Below are positions 29,501 to 37,497 of a stretch of 64,000 bases of DNA, in pieces (the first letter of the stretch is position 1; the number at the start of each line of letters is the position of its first letter). The DNA is from Candidatus Uhrbacteria bacterium GW2011_GWE2_46_68. GTDB taxonomy: Bacteria > Patescibacteriota > Patescibacteriia > UBA9934 > GWF2-40-263. The notes beneath the pieces are model-generated. The model worked only from the letters and a program-made list of their open reading frames with translations, was not told the DNA's origin and searched no databases. The stretch is from contig LCMS01000001.1 in assembly GCA_001002765.1 (NCBI GenBank), forward strand, positions 4,662 through 68,661, written 5' to 3'. Position numbers and translations under genes: made by a program.

Positions 29501-30264
29501 ATTCCACCGGCGTGGAGACAACCGAAACGTCAGGAACAGAATTCTCTGGTTTGGCCGGTAACTCGGTTTACGTCTACAAGTCCATCCCAACCGTCAGCAT
29601 CGTTGATTTGACAAACAATGATTTGTCAAACGGCAATGCCCAGGATATCTACAAGTTTACCGTCGCAGCAGCCAGCAACAGCTCGATTGCTCTCAAGCAA
29701 ATCAAGCTCAATGTGACCTGGAGCGATGGCGGAACCGACGATACCCTCGAGGTTGAAACCCTCAAGTTCTACAAGAATGGCACGGATATTTCTTCCAGTG
29801 TCACCATCGTAGACGAGGACGGAAACCTTGTGTCAAGCACCAGTGGTTTGCTCGAAACCGATGGCACATGTGTCATTACCTTCAGTAGCACAGAGGACAC
29901 CATCTCCGCAGGCAGCTCGGTTACTTACACCGTCAAGGGAACCCCAACCGGTTTCCGCGTGCTCGGTGCAACCGATACAGCTCGCGACAGCGTGGCTCTC
30001 TACCTCAAGGGTGATGCATCACACAATGGAACCAGCACATATTTGAACGATGAAACCGATATTGGCGCAGGTCAGTCCGAGATTATGGAACTCCTTGACA
30101 GTGCAGCCGTCAGTTCCAGCGATGGTACTGCCGCGAACTTCATCTGGTCTGATATGAGTTCGATCTCCCACACCTACGACATCAACGCTTCGTCTTCAAG
30201 CGATTGGGCAAACGGTTACTTGGTCTTGAATCTTGATTTGGATTCAGAATCATGGGGCCGATAG
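26503..30264 (+). CDS. Large secreted S-layer-like surface protein
   Basis: Signal peptide (LAAKA/A), GDLIKG...VYYYG.DG.RY.FPNEKTYFTWY domain, long S/T/D-rich beta repeats; start 26503 or 26521. Confidence 0.8.
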   Translation: MNDVLKMGKKAFTVFVAAATLLWTVGVVSFVAPLAAKAASYDAGDLIKGETFSTVYYYGTDGLRYSFPNEKTYFTWYTDFDDVVTISDEDLGDISLGGNIVYRPGSRWIKVDNMAEVYAVSTDGTIHWIEDADVAEDLAGANWNQFIDDVPDVFFSDYAAGDSIVDASEGYDGMLVDDEGTTYLIWDGEKREVSDMDANRFNSDYVLDGDGVDLDSMTTGDEIDSELDNMTDTAQVVDEETYTETTEVTVSVADDSPDSLTLASGTDTTVDVNGFANLVSYEFDNPTDEDLTVTSFALNRGGVSSDTTLSNVYLFDGYVRLTDSATLSSGKVTWNDTSGLFTIPAGTSATIDVWGDIAYATSGQTVYLKIASADDITFDGSYEATGDFPLQGATHSIATVSNLSYFDVNATTTPSASSIDAQDDYRIWENTVNIGNNEMYLYSIRFRNIGSIDADDIENFRLYVAGVNYGDAVANQDANGYVTFDLSDDPVKMNTGNHIVKVLADIIGGSTRTVSMSLRTAADVVAMDEDYDQATVTTDGGGTAFANHDAGAQTINSGTLVISKSLTSASGNVTNGATNMSLAKFDVKAYGEDMKVENLNFYVDESDNDTAFTLRNGAVYADGVQIGSTAALASNSDATLAYTAYTFGSSLVIEPGETVVIEVKGDIYDSDGTNDCANADTLQVNMDNTTSSNVLRRTSGSYTTYPSADVAANTLTVAQGSLTVAKNTSYADQSTVAPKTAYKLGSFTIASSTTEVVNITQFDVDFTDADAFDASDDLTNLYIEYGPTSAYNTSSIKGTVTDSDNTWSVNYALAASTTIYVNIYADIPTSSTNGDGIADTMRPSLTITAQGASSAADASATVVTGQTVTSTTGSFTESEDSMPAAKVVAANQEVEAAKFRFTASNETYNIKEVTVSVTSATVAGVIGTANLYDGSTLIGSAAFDQSSNMRALIYVTGGLEVPYNTYKTLTVKLDLNDVGTGSGTSQQDAAITLYSVKFADSTGVETTETSGTEFSGLAGNSVYVYKSIPTVSIVDLTNNDLSNGNAQDIYKFTVAAASNSSIALKQIKLNVTWSDGGTDDTLEVETLKFYKNGTDISSSVTIVDEDGNLVSSTSGLLETDGTCVITFSSTEDTISAGSSVTYTVKGTPTGFRVLGATDTARDSVALYLKGDASHNGTSTYLNDETDIGAGQSEIMELLDSAAVSSSDGTAANFIWSDMSSISHTYDINASSSSDWANGYLVLNLDLDSESWGR

Positions 30265-30306
30265 TTTGACAGATAGGTGCGAACAACCGTTCACACCCAC
30301 GAAACA

Positions 30307-30337
30307 CAAAAACAGGCTTTCGGGCCTGTTTTTGTTT
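30307..30337 (+). terminator. Intrinsic terminator
   Basis: AAAAACAGGCT-TTCG-GGCCTGTTTTT. Confidence 0.75.
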
Positions 30338-30405
30338 GGCGATTGATTTTTTTACTTTTTTTAGTTAACGTATGGAGGTGAAGTTAACAAAATATAGAAA
30401 AAAGT

Positions 30406-30633
30406 ATGGATATTCAAGATAAGATTTTAAGTGCGGTTCTCGATATCCAAGGAGATGTAAAAGATCTAAAAGAACGGATGGGGAAAATGGAAGATGTTCA
30501 AGGAAGGGTTTGTGACAAGTTGGACAGTTTCATGATCCTTATCAATCGTCATGAAGCAGAGATCGCAGCCGTGCGATCTAAACTTGAAAGACTGGAAGAT
30601 CGTTTGAGCCAACTAGAAACCGCCCGAGTGTAA
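30406..30633 (+). CDS. Small coiled-coil hypothetical protein
   Basis: 75 aa ORF with heptad pattern. Confidence 0.7.
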   Translation: MDIQDKILSAVLDIQGDVKDLKERMGKMEDVQGRVCDKLDSFMILINRHEAEIAAVRSKLERLEDRLSQLETARV

Positions 30634-30855
30634 AAGGCGGTTTTATTTTTCCAATCGAGCGGCAAGAGACCTTAAAACGCGTTTTACCTTGCGTCTGCTC
30701 ATGCGAATACAAACACGACGAATGGCTTTATCAAGACTTGCATCCTCCTTTTGCCTGGCTGACCAAGAAAGTGTGAGAGGATAGTAACGAAGGGAAAGAG
30801 TAGACATAGAGTTTTTTTTGGGATTCTTTTGATCAGACGAACGGTTGTGTGTCCG

Positions 30856-30883
30856 GTAGGGGCGAAGGGCCCTTCGCCCCTAC
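30856..30883. repeat. REP-like palindrome variant
   Basis: GTAGGGGCGAAGGGCCCTTCGCCCCTAC (compensatory change). Confidence 0.8.
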
Positions 30884-30969
30884 CGTTTGTTCCATACAGA
30901 GACAGAAAGGACATCGTGATCAAAAGAATCATTAAGAATGAAAAGACAAGAGGAGCGTAGGGAAGATGT

Positions 30970-31251
30970 ATGAAGGTTGTTGATGGAGGGGAAAGAACGA
31001 TTTTTTATAAAGAAGACCCTGAAGCCCCTCTTGTCTTGGCACATTATTGTGAAAGGACAAACAGAAACATGATTGTTTTCTCCACCTATTACTTTTACAA
31101 TATAAAAGACGTCGGATCCGCAAGGATAAGGTGTCATACAAGGACGTTGATCAATGTCTTGCCAGACATCAACGTCCTTTGGTTTTTTGGTAGGACTTAC
31201 GTGTTTGGATGCAGAACGAGGAAAAACCGAGGCTTTTTGCGAGGCGTATGA
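30970..31251 (+). CDS. Hypothetical protein
   Basis: 93 aa ATG ORF filling an intergenic gap, purine-rich upstream. Confidence 0.4.
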   Translation: MKVVDGGERTIFYKEDPEAPLVLAHYCERTNRNMIVFSTYYFYNIKDVGSARIRCHTRTLINVLPDINVLWFFGRTYVFGCRTRKNRGFLRGV

Positions 31252-31310
31252 GACATACGTTGAGTAAAAAATGCAGGTTTTGACAAAGTTATGCGCCAAA
31301 CACGTAAGTC

Positions 31311-31931
31311 CTACACTGGCCTAAACTTACGAATCACTGCACGGACAACTCCTTGAATAATGCAATCTTTAACATAAATAGGCTGCATGGTGCTATTGGC
31401 CGGCTGGAGACGAATACGATTTTGCTCGCGATAAAAACGTTTGAGTGTGGCATAGGCATTATCAAGAAGCGCCACTACGACCTCGCCATTTTTTGGTGAA
31501 GGATTACGCTCTACCACCACAAAATCTCCATCTAAGATGCCATCCTCAATCATAGACTGACCTTTGACACGCAAGACATACGAATTGGCGCCATCCACCA
31601 CAAAGGTGGTGGGGACAGCCATGGTTTCGCGATCTTCTACGGCCTCGATAGGCTCGCCGGCTGTAATGAGTCCGGATAAAGGGAGCAAAACAGCATAAGC
31701 GGTTTGGGCAGATTCGTCCTTGATAAGCTCAATGGACCGCGCCTCGCCACCTTCACCCATGGTGATCGCGTTTTTTTCAAGAAGCGCTTTGACATGTTGA
31801 TGAACCGTAGCGGGGGAGGAAAGACCAAGAGAATCCGCAATCTCCCGATAACTTGGCGCATACCCATGCTCGGAAAAATAGGTGCGAATAAAGTGCAAAA
31901 CCTCGGCTTGTTTTTTTGTGAGAGAGTTCAT
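31311..31931 (-). CDS. lexA: SOS repressor LexA
   Basis: LTKKQAEVL...PSYREIA, TAGEP cleavage site, GQSMI, TLKRF; start ATG 31931. Confidence 0.95.
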   Translation of the reverse strand: MNSLTKKQAEVLHFIRTYFSEHGYAPSYREIADSLGLSSPATVHQHVKALLEKNAITMGEGGEARSIELIKDESAQTAYAVLLPLSGLITAGEPIEAVEDRETMAVPTTFVVDGANSYVLRVKGQSMIEDGILDGDFVVVERNPSPKNGEVVVALLDNAYATLKRFYREQNRIRLQPANSTMQPIYVKDCIIQGVVRAVIRKFRPV

Positions 31932-31941
31932 AAGATTCAAG

Positions 31942-32437
31942 AATTTCCAATTTCTAATATCTAATTTCCAATGAAGGAAAAAGATAGATATTTTAAGAAA
32001 AAGTTTGAATTGAGTAATTCGGATTATTTTTTGTTTTTTGAATGATAGCATGAAGAATAAGATGAATTTCTTTTACTTCCTGCCATAATTTCTGGATGGA
32101 TTCATTCTGTTCTGGTTGGGCAACCGATACCATCTTTAGCCAATATTTTGTTTCCTCGGCTTCCTTTTTGGCAATAAAGAATTTATGGATGAAATCTTTC
32201 CTCGAAGACGCATTATCAGCTTCACAATAGTTAGCACCTACACTTGTACCAGATTTAACAAGTTGTGAAATAAGAGGTTTTGAAATGATGTTTTGGGGAA
32301 CCTTCTTAACGAATTCTATGATATTTTTTCCAAATTCATTTGTTCGACTTTTGATGTCATACATAGATTTCCTTCATTATCCGACGGAGCCAGATCCGGC
32401 TTTGCCGGAGAAATTAGGAATTGGAAATTAGAAATTT
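31942..32437. mobile_element. Heptamer-array-flanked four-helix-bundle cassette
   Basis: (AATTTCY)n-AATGAAGGAAA on the left, inverted TTTCCTTCATT...(RGAAATT)n on the right. Confidence 0.6.
31993..32364 (-). CDS. Four helix bundle protein (23S rRNA IVP-like family)
   Basis: QLVKSGTSVGANYCEA..ASSRKDFIHK..IAKKEAEETKYWL. Confidence 0.9.
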   Translation of the reverse strand: MYDIKSRTNEFGKNIIEFVKKVPQNIISKPLISQLVKSGTSVGANYCEADNASSRKDFIHKFFIAKKEAEETKYWLKMVSVAQPEQNESIQKLWQEVKEIHLILHAIIQKTKNNPNYSIQTFS

Positions 32438-32446
32438 TTGTTTTGT

Positions 32447-32492
32447 GTTCGTTGTTTGTTCGTATTTATAATAGAGCGAACAAAATACGAAC
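32447..32492 (-). promoter_or_regulatory. Putative LexA operator pair overlapping the lexA promoter
   Basis: GTTC-N7-GTTC (32447-32461) and GAAC-N7-GAAC (32478-32492); minus-strand TTGTGT-17-TATTAT. Confidence 0.65.
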
Positions 32493-32571
32493 ACAAGAGT
32501 CTATCTGTGGATAACATATCATCTGGAAGAAGGGGTGAAATCTTGGTACGCTTCCAGCGGATTATTAAGAG

Positions 32572-32675
32572 AATTTCCAATTTCTAATGTCTAATTTCTA
32601 ATGTAGGCGCCTATCGGCGATATTTGAAATAAATATCCCCATTCATTAGAAATTAGTAATTGGTAATTGGAAATT
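32572..32675. repeat. Empty heptamer inverted-repeat element
   Basis: Four AATTTCY-like units, 40-nt spacer, four inverted units. Confidence 0.75.
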
Positions 32676-32686
32676 TTTATCTCATT

Positions 32687-33745
32687 ATGCCCAAAGTCGT
32701 TGAATCGGTTTTAGCCGGACAGCCCGACAAAGTCTGCGATCAAATCGCAGATGCGATTGTGGATGAATATCTTCGTCGTGATCCTGACGCGTCCGTTGAC
32801 CTTCATGTTATGGGTTCTCATGGCATGATGATGATCGGGGGCGAAGTTCATTCCAAGGCCGACTTTGATCTTTCCGAACTTGCCAAACAGGTTTATCAAA
32901 AAATCGGTTATACCGATGACGTTGAAGTGTTTGTAAATATTGATCAACCTTCCTCTGAAATGCAGCTTCTGGATCGTCATCTCCCCGGTGACACCGTGGT
33001 TGTAAACGGTTACGCCACACTCGAGACAAGGGAACGTTTACCGCGAGCGCTTGTGTATGCTCATGATATGGCAAGGAGACTTGATAATCTCCGCAAAACC
33101 GATCCGGCATTTGGCTGGCTCCAACCCGACGGAAAAGTCCAGGTCATGGTGTGGAAAAGTGAAGTGAAGGCTGTAACCATTCTGGCTTCTCATGCCAAAG
33201 ACGTGGAACTCAAGACTGTACAAAGCGCGCTTTTGGATCGTGTGATTGTACCGATTGTGGGCGAAGAAGGTGTGCAGATTTTTATCAACCCCATTGGACC
33301 GTTTACTATTCACGGATTTTCCGCAGATTCAGGAGCCAGCGGCCGCAAACTTGCTGTGGATACCTATGGAGCTCTGATCCCTCATGGTGATCACACATTG
33401 TCTGGCAAAGATCCCATGAAGGCCGAGCGCGCGGGGACCTATATGGCACGTTATGTGGCACGTTGGCTTGTAGAGCGGGAACTCGCGGAAAGTGCCTTGG
33501 TGACGATCGCCTACACTATGGGGCGATCCGAACCTTTGCTTATCAAAGCTCAAGGAACGGCGACAAAATCTCGCGGAGTCAGGATGGATCTTTCCAATGT
33601 GATCAAACGTGAATTTGATTTTCGACCCGAGGCCATTGTGGATCGTCTCGAACTCAAACAGCCTATTTATGAGCAAACGGCTGTGTACGGACATTTTGGA
33701 AGAACCGGATTTCCTTGGGAAAAGAAAATCGAAAAAACAGGGTGA
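32687..33745 (+). CDS. metK: S-adenosylmethionine synthetase
   Basis: ESVLAGQPDKVCDQIADAI, PDGK.QV, GRKLAVDTYG, TAVYGHFGR. Confidence 0.9.
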   Translation: MPKVVESVLAGQPDKVCDQIADAIVDEYLRRDPDASVDLHVMGSHGMMMIGGEVHSKADFDLSELAKQVYQKIGYTDDVEVFVNIDQPSSEMQLLDRHLPGDTVVVNGYATLETRERLPRALVYAHDMARRLDNLRKTDPAFGWLQPDGKVQVMVWKSEVKAVTILASHAKDVELKTVQSALLDRVIVPIVGEEGVQIFINPIGPFTIHGFSADSGASGRKLAVDTYGALIPHGDHTLSGKDPMKAERAGTYMARYVARWLVERELAESALVTIAYTMGRSEPLLIKAQGTATKSRGVRMDLSNVIKREFDFRPEAIVDRLELKQPIYEQTAVYGHFGRTGFPWEKKIEKTG

Positions 33746-34245
33746 TTCCCTGTTTTTAAGGGGGTTTCACCCCCTTGCCCCCTCTCCGCTTTTCTTTGGC
33801 CTGCAAAGAAAAGCGGAAGAAAAGAAACAGGCCGCCCGCCTGCGCTCGCCAGGCCACCTTTGGCACCGCGAGCCTTGGCTGTGGAACGTCGCTTGCCTCC
33901 TGCGGCTGACAGAAAAATGTAACGGTCAGCCTTGGAGGCTTCGCTCAAACAATCCTCGCCACAACAAGCCTATAGTTATCACATCATGAAACAGGATTTA
34001 TTCATCCGCAATGATGGCGGTCTGCTTGTCCTTCGCACAGAAAAATCCTCAATGTATCTACGGATACATCTGCGGTTTTCCTGTGCTGCAGGACGGCGCA
34101 TCCCATCCATCCTTGCGGCGTCTAAAGTCCCGTTTCATGATGTGATAACTATAGCTTGTTGTCGGCTCACTTGTGCCAAGGTGGCTCTGACGTGCTCGGA
34201 GGGCGGGATAAAGATCAGATAAAAACAGGGTGATGCCCTGTTTTT
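33733..34245. mobile_element. Non-coding structured element flanked by a duplicated 25-bp terminator hairpin
   Basis: AAAAACAGGGTGATKCCCTGTTTTT at 33733-33757 and 34221-34245; ~200-nt imperfect hairpin inside. Confidence 0.6.
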
Positions 34246-34251
34246 TTGTAT

Positions 34252-34279
34252 GTAGGGGTGAACGGCCGCTCACCCCTTA
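34252..34279. repeat. REP-like palindrome variant
   Basis: GTAGGGGTGAACGGCCGCTCACCCCTTA. Confidence 0.7.
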
Positions 34280-34294
34280 TATGACCTATAAGAC

Positions 34295-35662
34295 CTATAT
34301 TTCTATTTCCTGAAACATTTCAGGAATAATCACTTCGGTGCGCAAATGATAACGCAGGTGGGTGGCAAATACTTCTTGCACGGCAAATTCGCCATGTACA
34401 AGAATAATTTTTTTCGGCACATCGCCTTCTTTTGGCGTCAACCATTTTGTGAGTTTGTTTTGATCCGCGTGAGAAGAGAATGCACCCACAGCTTTTACGC
34501 TCGCTTTCACCTCCACCTCTTGCCCATAGACTCGCACCTGTTTGGCACCTTCGTAGAGACGGCGTCCCAAAGTTCCCGTTGCCTGATAACCGATAATCAA
34601 AAGTTGAGTTTTTTCGTCCGGTAAATAACGTTGAAGATGGTGCATGATCCGTCCGCCCGACATCATGCCGCTTCCGGCAATAATGATTTTTGGAGCCGGG
34701 CGATCATTGATTACTTTTGATTCTTCACGGTTCAAGGTTTCCACCAAGTTTGGGAAAGTAAAAAAGTCTCGGTCAGGTTCTCGTAAAATATCCGCTTCAA
34801 AACGGAGATAATTTTGATAATGCCGATAGATTTCAGTTGCACGGATCGCCATGGGGCTATCCAAAAAGATCGGCAGATTTGTTTTTAGGTCATGAAGAAG
34901 AATCTGATCCATCTCATAGAGCACCTCTTGCGTGCGCTCGATCGAGAAGGTTGGGATCAACAAAACCGATTGATTGCGCACGGTTTGCTCGATCAAATCT
35001 CGTAGAATAGTTGTGCGGTCTTTAGGATCCTCATGCAAGCTGTCTCCATAGGTAGACTCACAAATCACCACATCGGCTTGTGAAAGATCTTCGGTTTCAG
35101 GAAGGATGGGGACATCGCTATTGCCAAGATCACCGGAAAAAACCACGCGTTTCCCTTCGGCTTCAATCGAAAGAAATGCCGAACCCAAGATATGTCCGGC
35201 ATCATGAAACATAAAAGAGATTCCGGGAGTCATCTCCACTGTTTCGTGATAATTCACGGTTTGCATCTGTTCAAACACTTGGGTCACATCTTCCTCATCA
35301 TACAAAAGCGGTTCTCCTTCTCGCTCCGTATTTTCTTTCATGATGTGATAAGAATCCTCCAAAATGATGCGGGTAAGCGGGCGCGTAGGATGTACACAAT
35401 AGATGGAGCCCGTAAAACCGGCTTTGATGAGCTTGGGAAGCCTGCCTGTATGATCTGCATGTGCGTGAGTGACAAAGACAGCTTCTATCGTTTTAGGATC
35501 AAAATGGAAATCTTCGAAGTTCGGTTCGTCCGCATATCGCCTGCCTTGGAACATGCCGCAATCAATCAAGTACTGGTGCATATTTCCTTGCACATCTTTA
35601 ATAACAATTTGATGACAAGAGCCTGTGACTTCTCGTGCGGCCCCATGGAATGTGATCTGCAT
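34295..35662 (-). CDS. MBL-fold beta-CASP ribonuclease
   Basis: GAAREVTGSCH, THAHADHTG, AGHILGS, FSSHAD. Confidence 0.92.
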   Translation of the reverse strand: MQITFHGAAREVTGSCHQIVIKDVQGNMHQYLIDCGMFQGRRYADEPNFEDFHFDPKTIEAVFVTHAHADHTGRLPKLIKAGFTGSIYCVHPTRPLTRIILEDSYHIMKENTEREGEPLLYDEEDVTQVFEQMQTVNYHETVEMTPGISFMFHDAGHILGSAFLSIEAEGKRVVFSGDLGNSDVPILPETEDLSQADVVICESTYGDSLHEDPKDRTTILRDLIEQTVRNQSVLLIPTFSIERTQEVLYEMDQILLHDLKTNLPIFLDSPMAIRATEIYRHYQNYLRFEADILREPDRDFFTFPNLVETLNREESKVINDRPAPKIIIAGSGMMSGGRIMHHLQRYLPDEKTQLLIIGYQATGTLGRRLYEGAKQVRVYGQEVEVKASVKAVGAFSSHADQNKLTKWLTPKEGDVPKKIILVHGEFAVQEVFATHLRYHLRTEVIIPEMFQEIEI

Positions 35663-35787
35663 AAAAAATTTCTACATTGGAAATTATTTTATGCCATTAT
35701 CATAACGCGTTCGCAAAAATAGTGCACCCATTTTTATTTTGTGGATAAGTTACAAAAGATTCGGATATTCCTCTTATCTTTGTTATA

Positions 35788-37497
35788 ATGATAACAGTGC
35801 AAGTTATGACGCAAGAACAATTTCACGAAGCGTTAGTGGAACATGGCACCATAACCGAAGATCAGTTTCAATCCGTGATAGACAGTCGTGAGGCAAAGGA
35901 GGCGGGTATAGGAGAAGCCTTGGTGGTACGAGGTGTGATCAGTGAGTCTCAACTCGGTCAAATGTTAGCCTGGTGGTACAAGGTGCCTTATTTTGATTTT
36001 GGAAAAGAAGGTGTTGATCATGAGATTACACGTTTGTTGCCAGAATCTTTTGTGCGCGAACAACGGGTGATTCCCGTTTCTCATCATGAGCAAGAAGGGT
36101 TCAAGGTCGCCACATCTGATCCGAAAAATATAGTCCTGCGTTGTTTGCTCGAAAAATATCTTCGTGATCGTGTGCAATTTGTGTTTGCGACCGACCGTCA
36201 AATTGCGGGGCATCTTTATCTTTTTCAGCAAAATCTCGGAGAAACAATCAAAAAGATTCTGAAACAACCTGCAGTTTTCGGAAACGCGACCGATACAAAG
36301 GCCGTCACCATTACTGACACTCTCATCAGTTTTGCCTATCAGACGGGTGTTTCCGATATTCATTTGGAATCAGGGGAAAAGATTACCATGGTGCGTTTCC
36401 GTGTGGATGGCGTTTTACATGATATGGCGGAAATCCCCCCCGAGATTCATCAAGCCGTGATTTCTCGTCTCAAGGTTATGGCCCGTCTTCCCACCGATGA
36501 AACCCGCAAAACCCAAGACGGTAAGATTTTATTTCAATCTCCTTGGCATGATGCCGTGGATATTCGTTTATCTCTCGTCCCAACAACACATGCGGAAAAT
36601 GCAGTTCTGCGTTTGCTCACAGACCGTAATAAGAATTTTTCTTTTCATGATATCGGTCTTCGTGAGCGTGATGGGGAAAAGGTTTTAAATGCCTCTCATC
36701 AACCCTGGGGCATGATTTTGGTTGCCGGTCCCACAGGTTCGGGAAAAACAACAACGCTTTACAGTGTGCTCAAGATGCTTAATGATCGTGATATTCATAT
36801 CGTGACCATTGAGGATCCCGTAGAGTATGACATGAAAGGCGTGACGCAAATTCAGGTGAATGAAAAAGTCGGTTTGACCTTTGCCAGCGGTCTACGTTCC
36901 ATTGTGCGCCAAGACCCTGACATTATTATGGTAGGAGAGATCCGCGATCGGGAAACCGCAGGTATTGCCATTAATGCCGCCATGACAGGACATTTGGTTT
37001 TATCCACCATTCATACCAATGATGCGGCCACGACTTTTGTCCGACTCGTCGATATGGGGGCGGAGGATTATCTTTTGGCATCCACCATCAACGTGGTGAT
37101 TGCACAAAGACTTATTCGACGCATTTGTCTCGGATGTATTCAGAGTGTATTTTTGACGCCATCACAAATACAAATTATCGAACGCATTCCCAAAGCCAAG
37201 GAATATCTTTTGAATATAAGCGAAAAGCAAAATCTTTCCGATGTACGTTTGTTTGCGGGGAAAGGGTGTCAGGCATGTCACCAAACGGGGTATAAAGATC
37301 GCGTGGGCATTTTCGAAGTGCTGGATGTAACCGAGAGAATTCGTCAAGGAATCATGGAAAGGAAGGAAGCAGAGACAATCAAAGAAATAGCTTTAAACGA
37401 TGGAATGACGACTATGCTACAAGACGGTTTTAACAAAGCTTTAGTCGGATTGACGACCATAGAGGAGGTACTTCATGAAACACAGACCACTTCATGA
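35788..37497 (+). CDS. pilB: Type IV pilus/T2SS assembly ATPase (PilB/GspE)
   Basis: SDIHLE, GPTGSGKTTTLY, RQDPDIIMVGEIRD, TGHLVLSTIHTNDA, Cys pairs. Confidence 0.92.
   Translation: MITVQVMTQEQFHEALVEHGTITEDQFQSVIDSREAKEAGIGEALVVRGVISESQLGQMLAWWYKVPYFDFGKEGVDHEITRLLPESFVREQRVIPVSHHEQEGFKVATSDPKNIVLRCLLEKYLRDRVQFVFATDRQIAGHLYLFQQNLGETIKKILKQPAVFGNATDTKAVTITDTLISFAYQTGVSDIHLESGEKITMVRFRVDGVLHDMAEIPPEIHQAVISRLKVMARLPTDETRKTQDGKILFQSPWHDAVDIRLSLVPTTHAENAVLRLLTDRNKNFSFHDIGLRERDGEKVLNASHQPWGMILVAGPTGSGKTTTLYSVLKMLNDRDIHIVTIEDPVEYDMKGVTQIQVNEKVGLTFASGLRSIVRQDPDIIMVGEIRDRETAGIAINAAMTGHLVLSTIHTNDAATTFVRLVDMGAEDYLLASTINVVIAQRLIRRICLGCIQSVFLTPSQIQIIERIPKAKEYLLNISEKQNLSDVRLFAGKGCQACHQTGYKDRVGIFEVLDVTERIRQGIMERKEAETIKEIALNDGMTTMLQDGFNKALVGLTTIEEVLHETQTTS

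Noticed and set aside
31993-32364. Four-helix-bundle gene as the Avd of the putative DGR
   Set aside because: No adjacent RT or TR, 26 kb from the targets, and its heptamer flanks indicate the stand-alone family.
33609-34273. Short ORFs inside the palindromic element
   Set aside because: They are mirror-image translations of the inverted repeat with no protein-like features.
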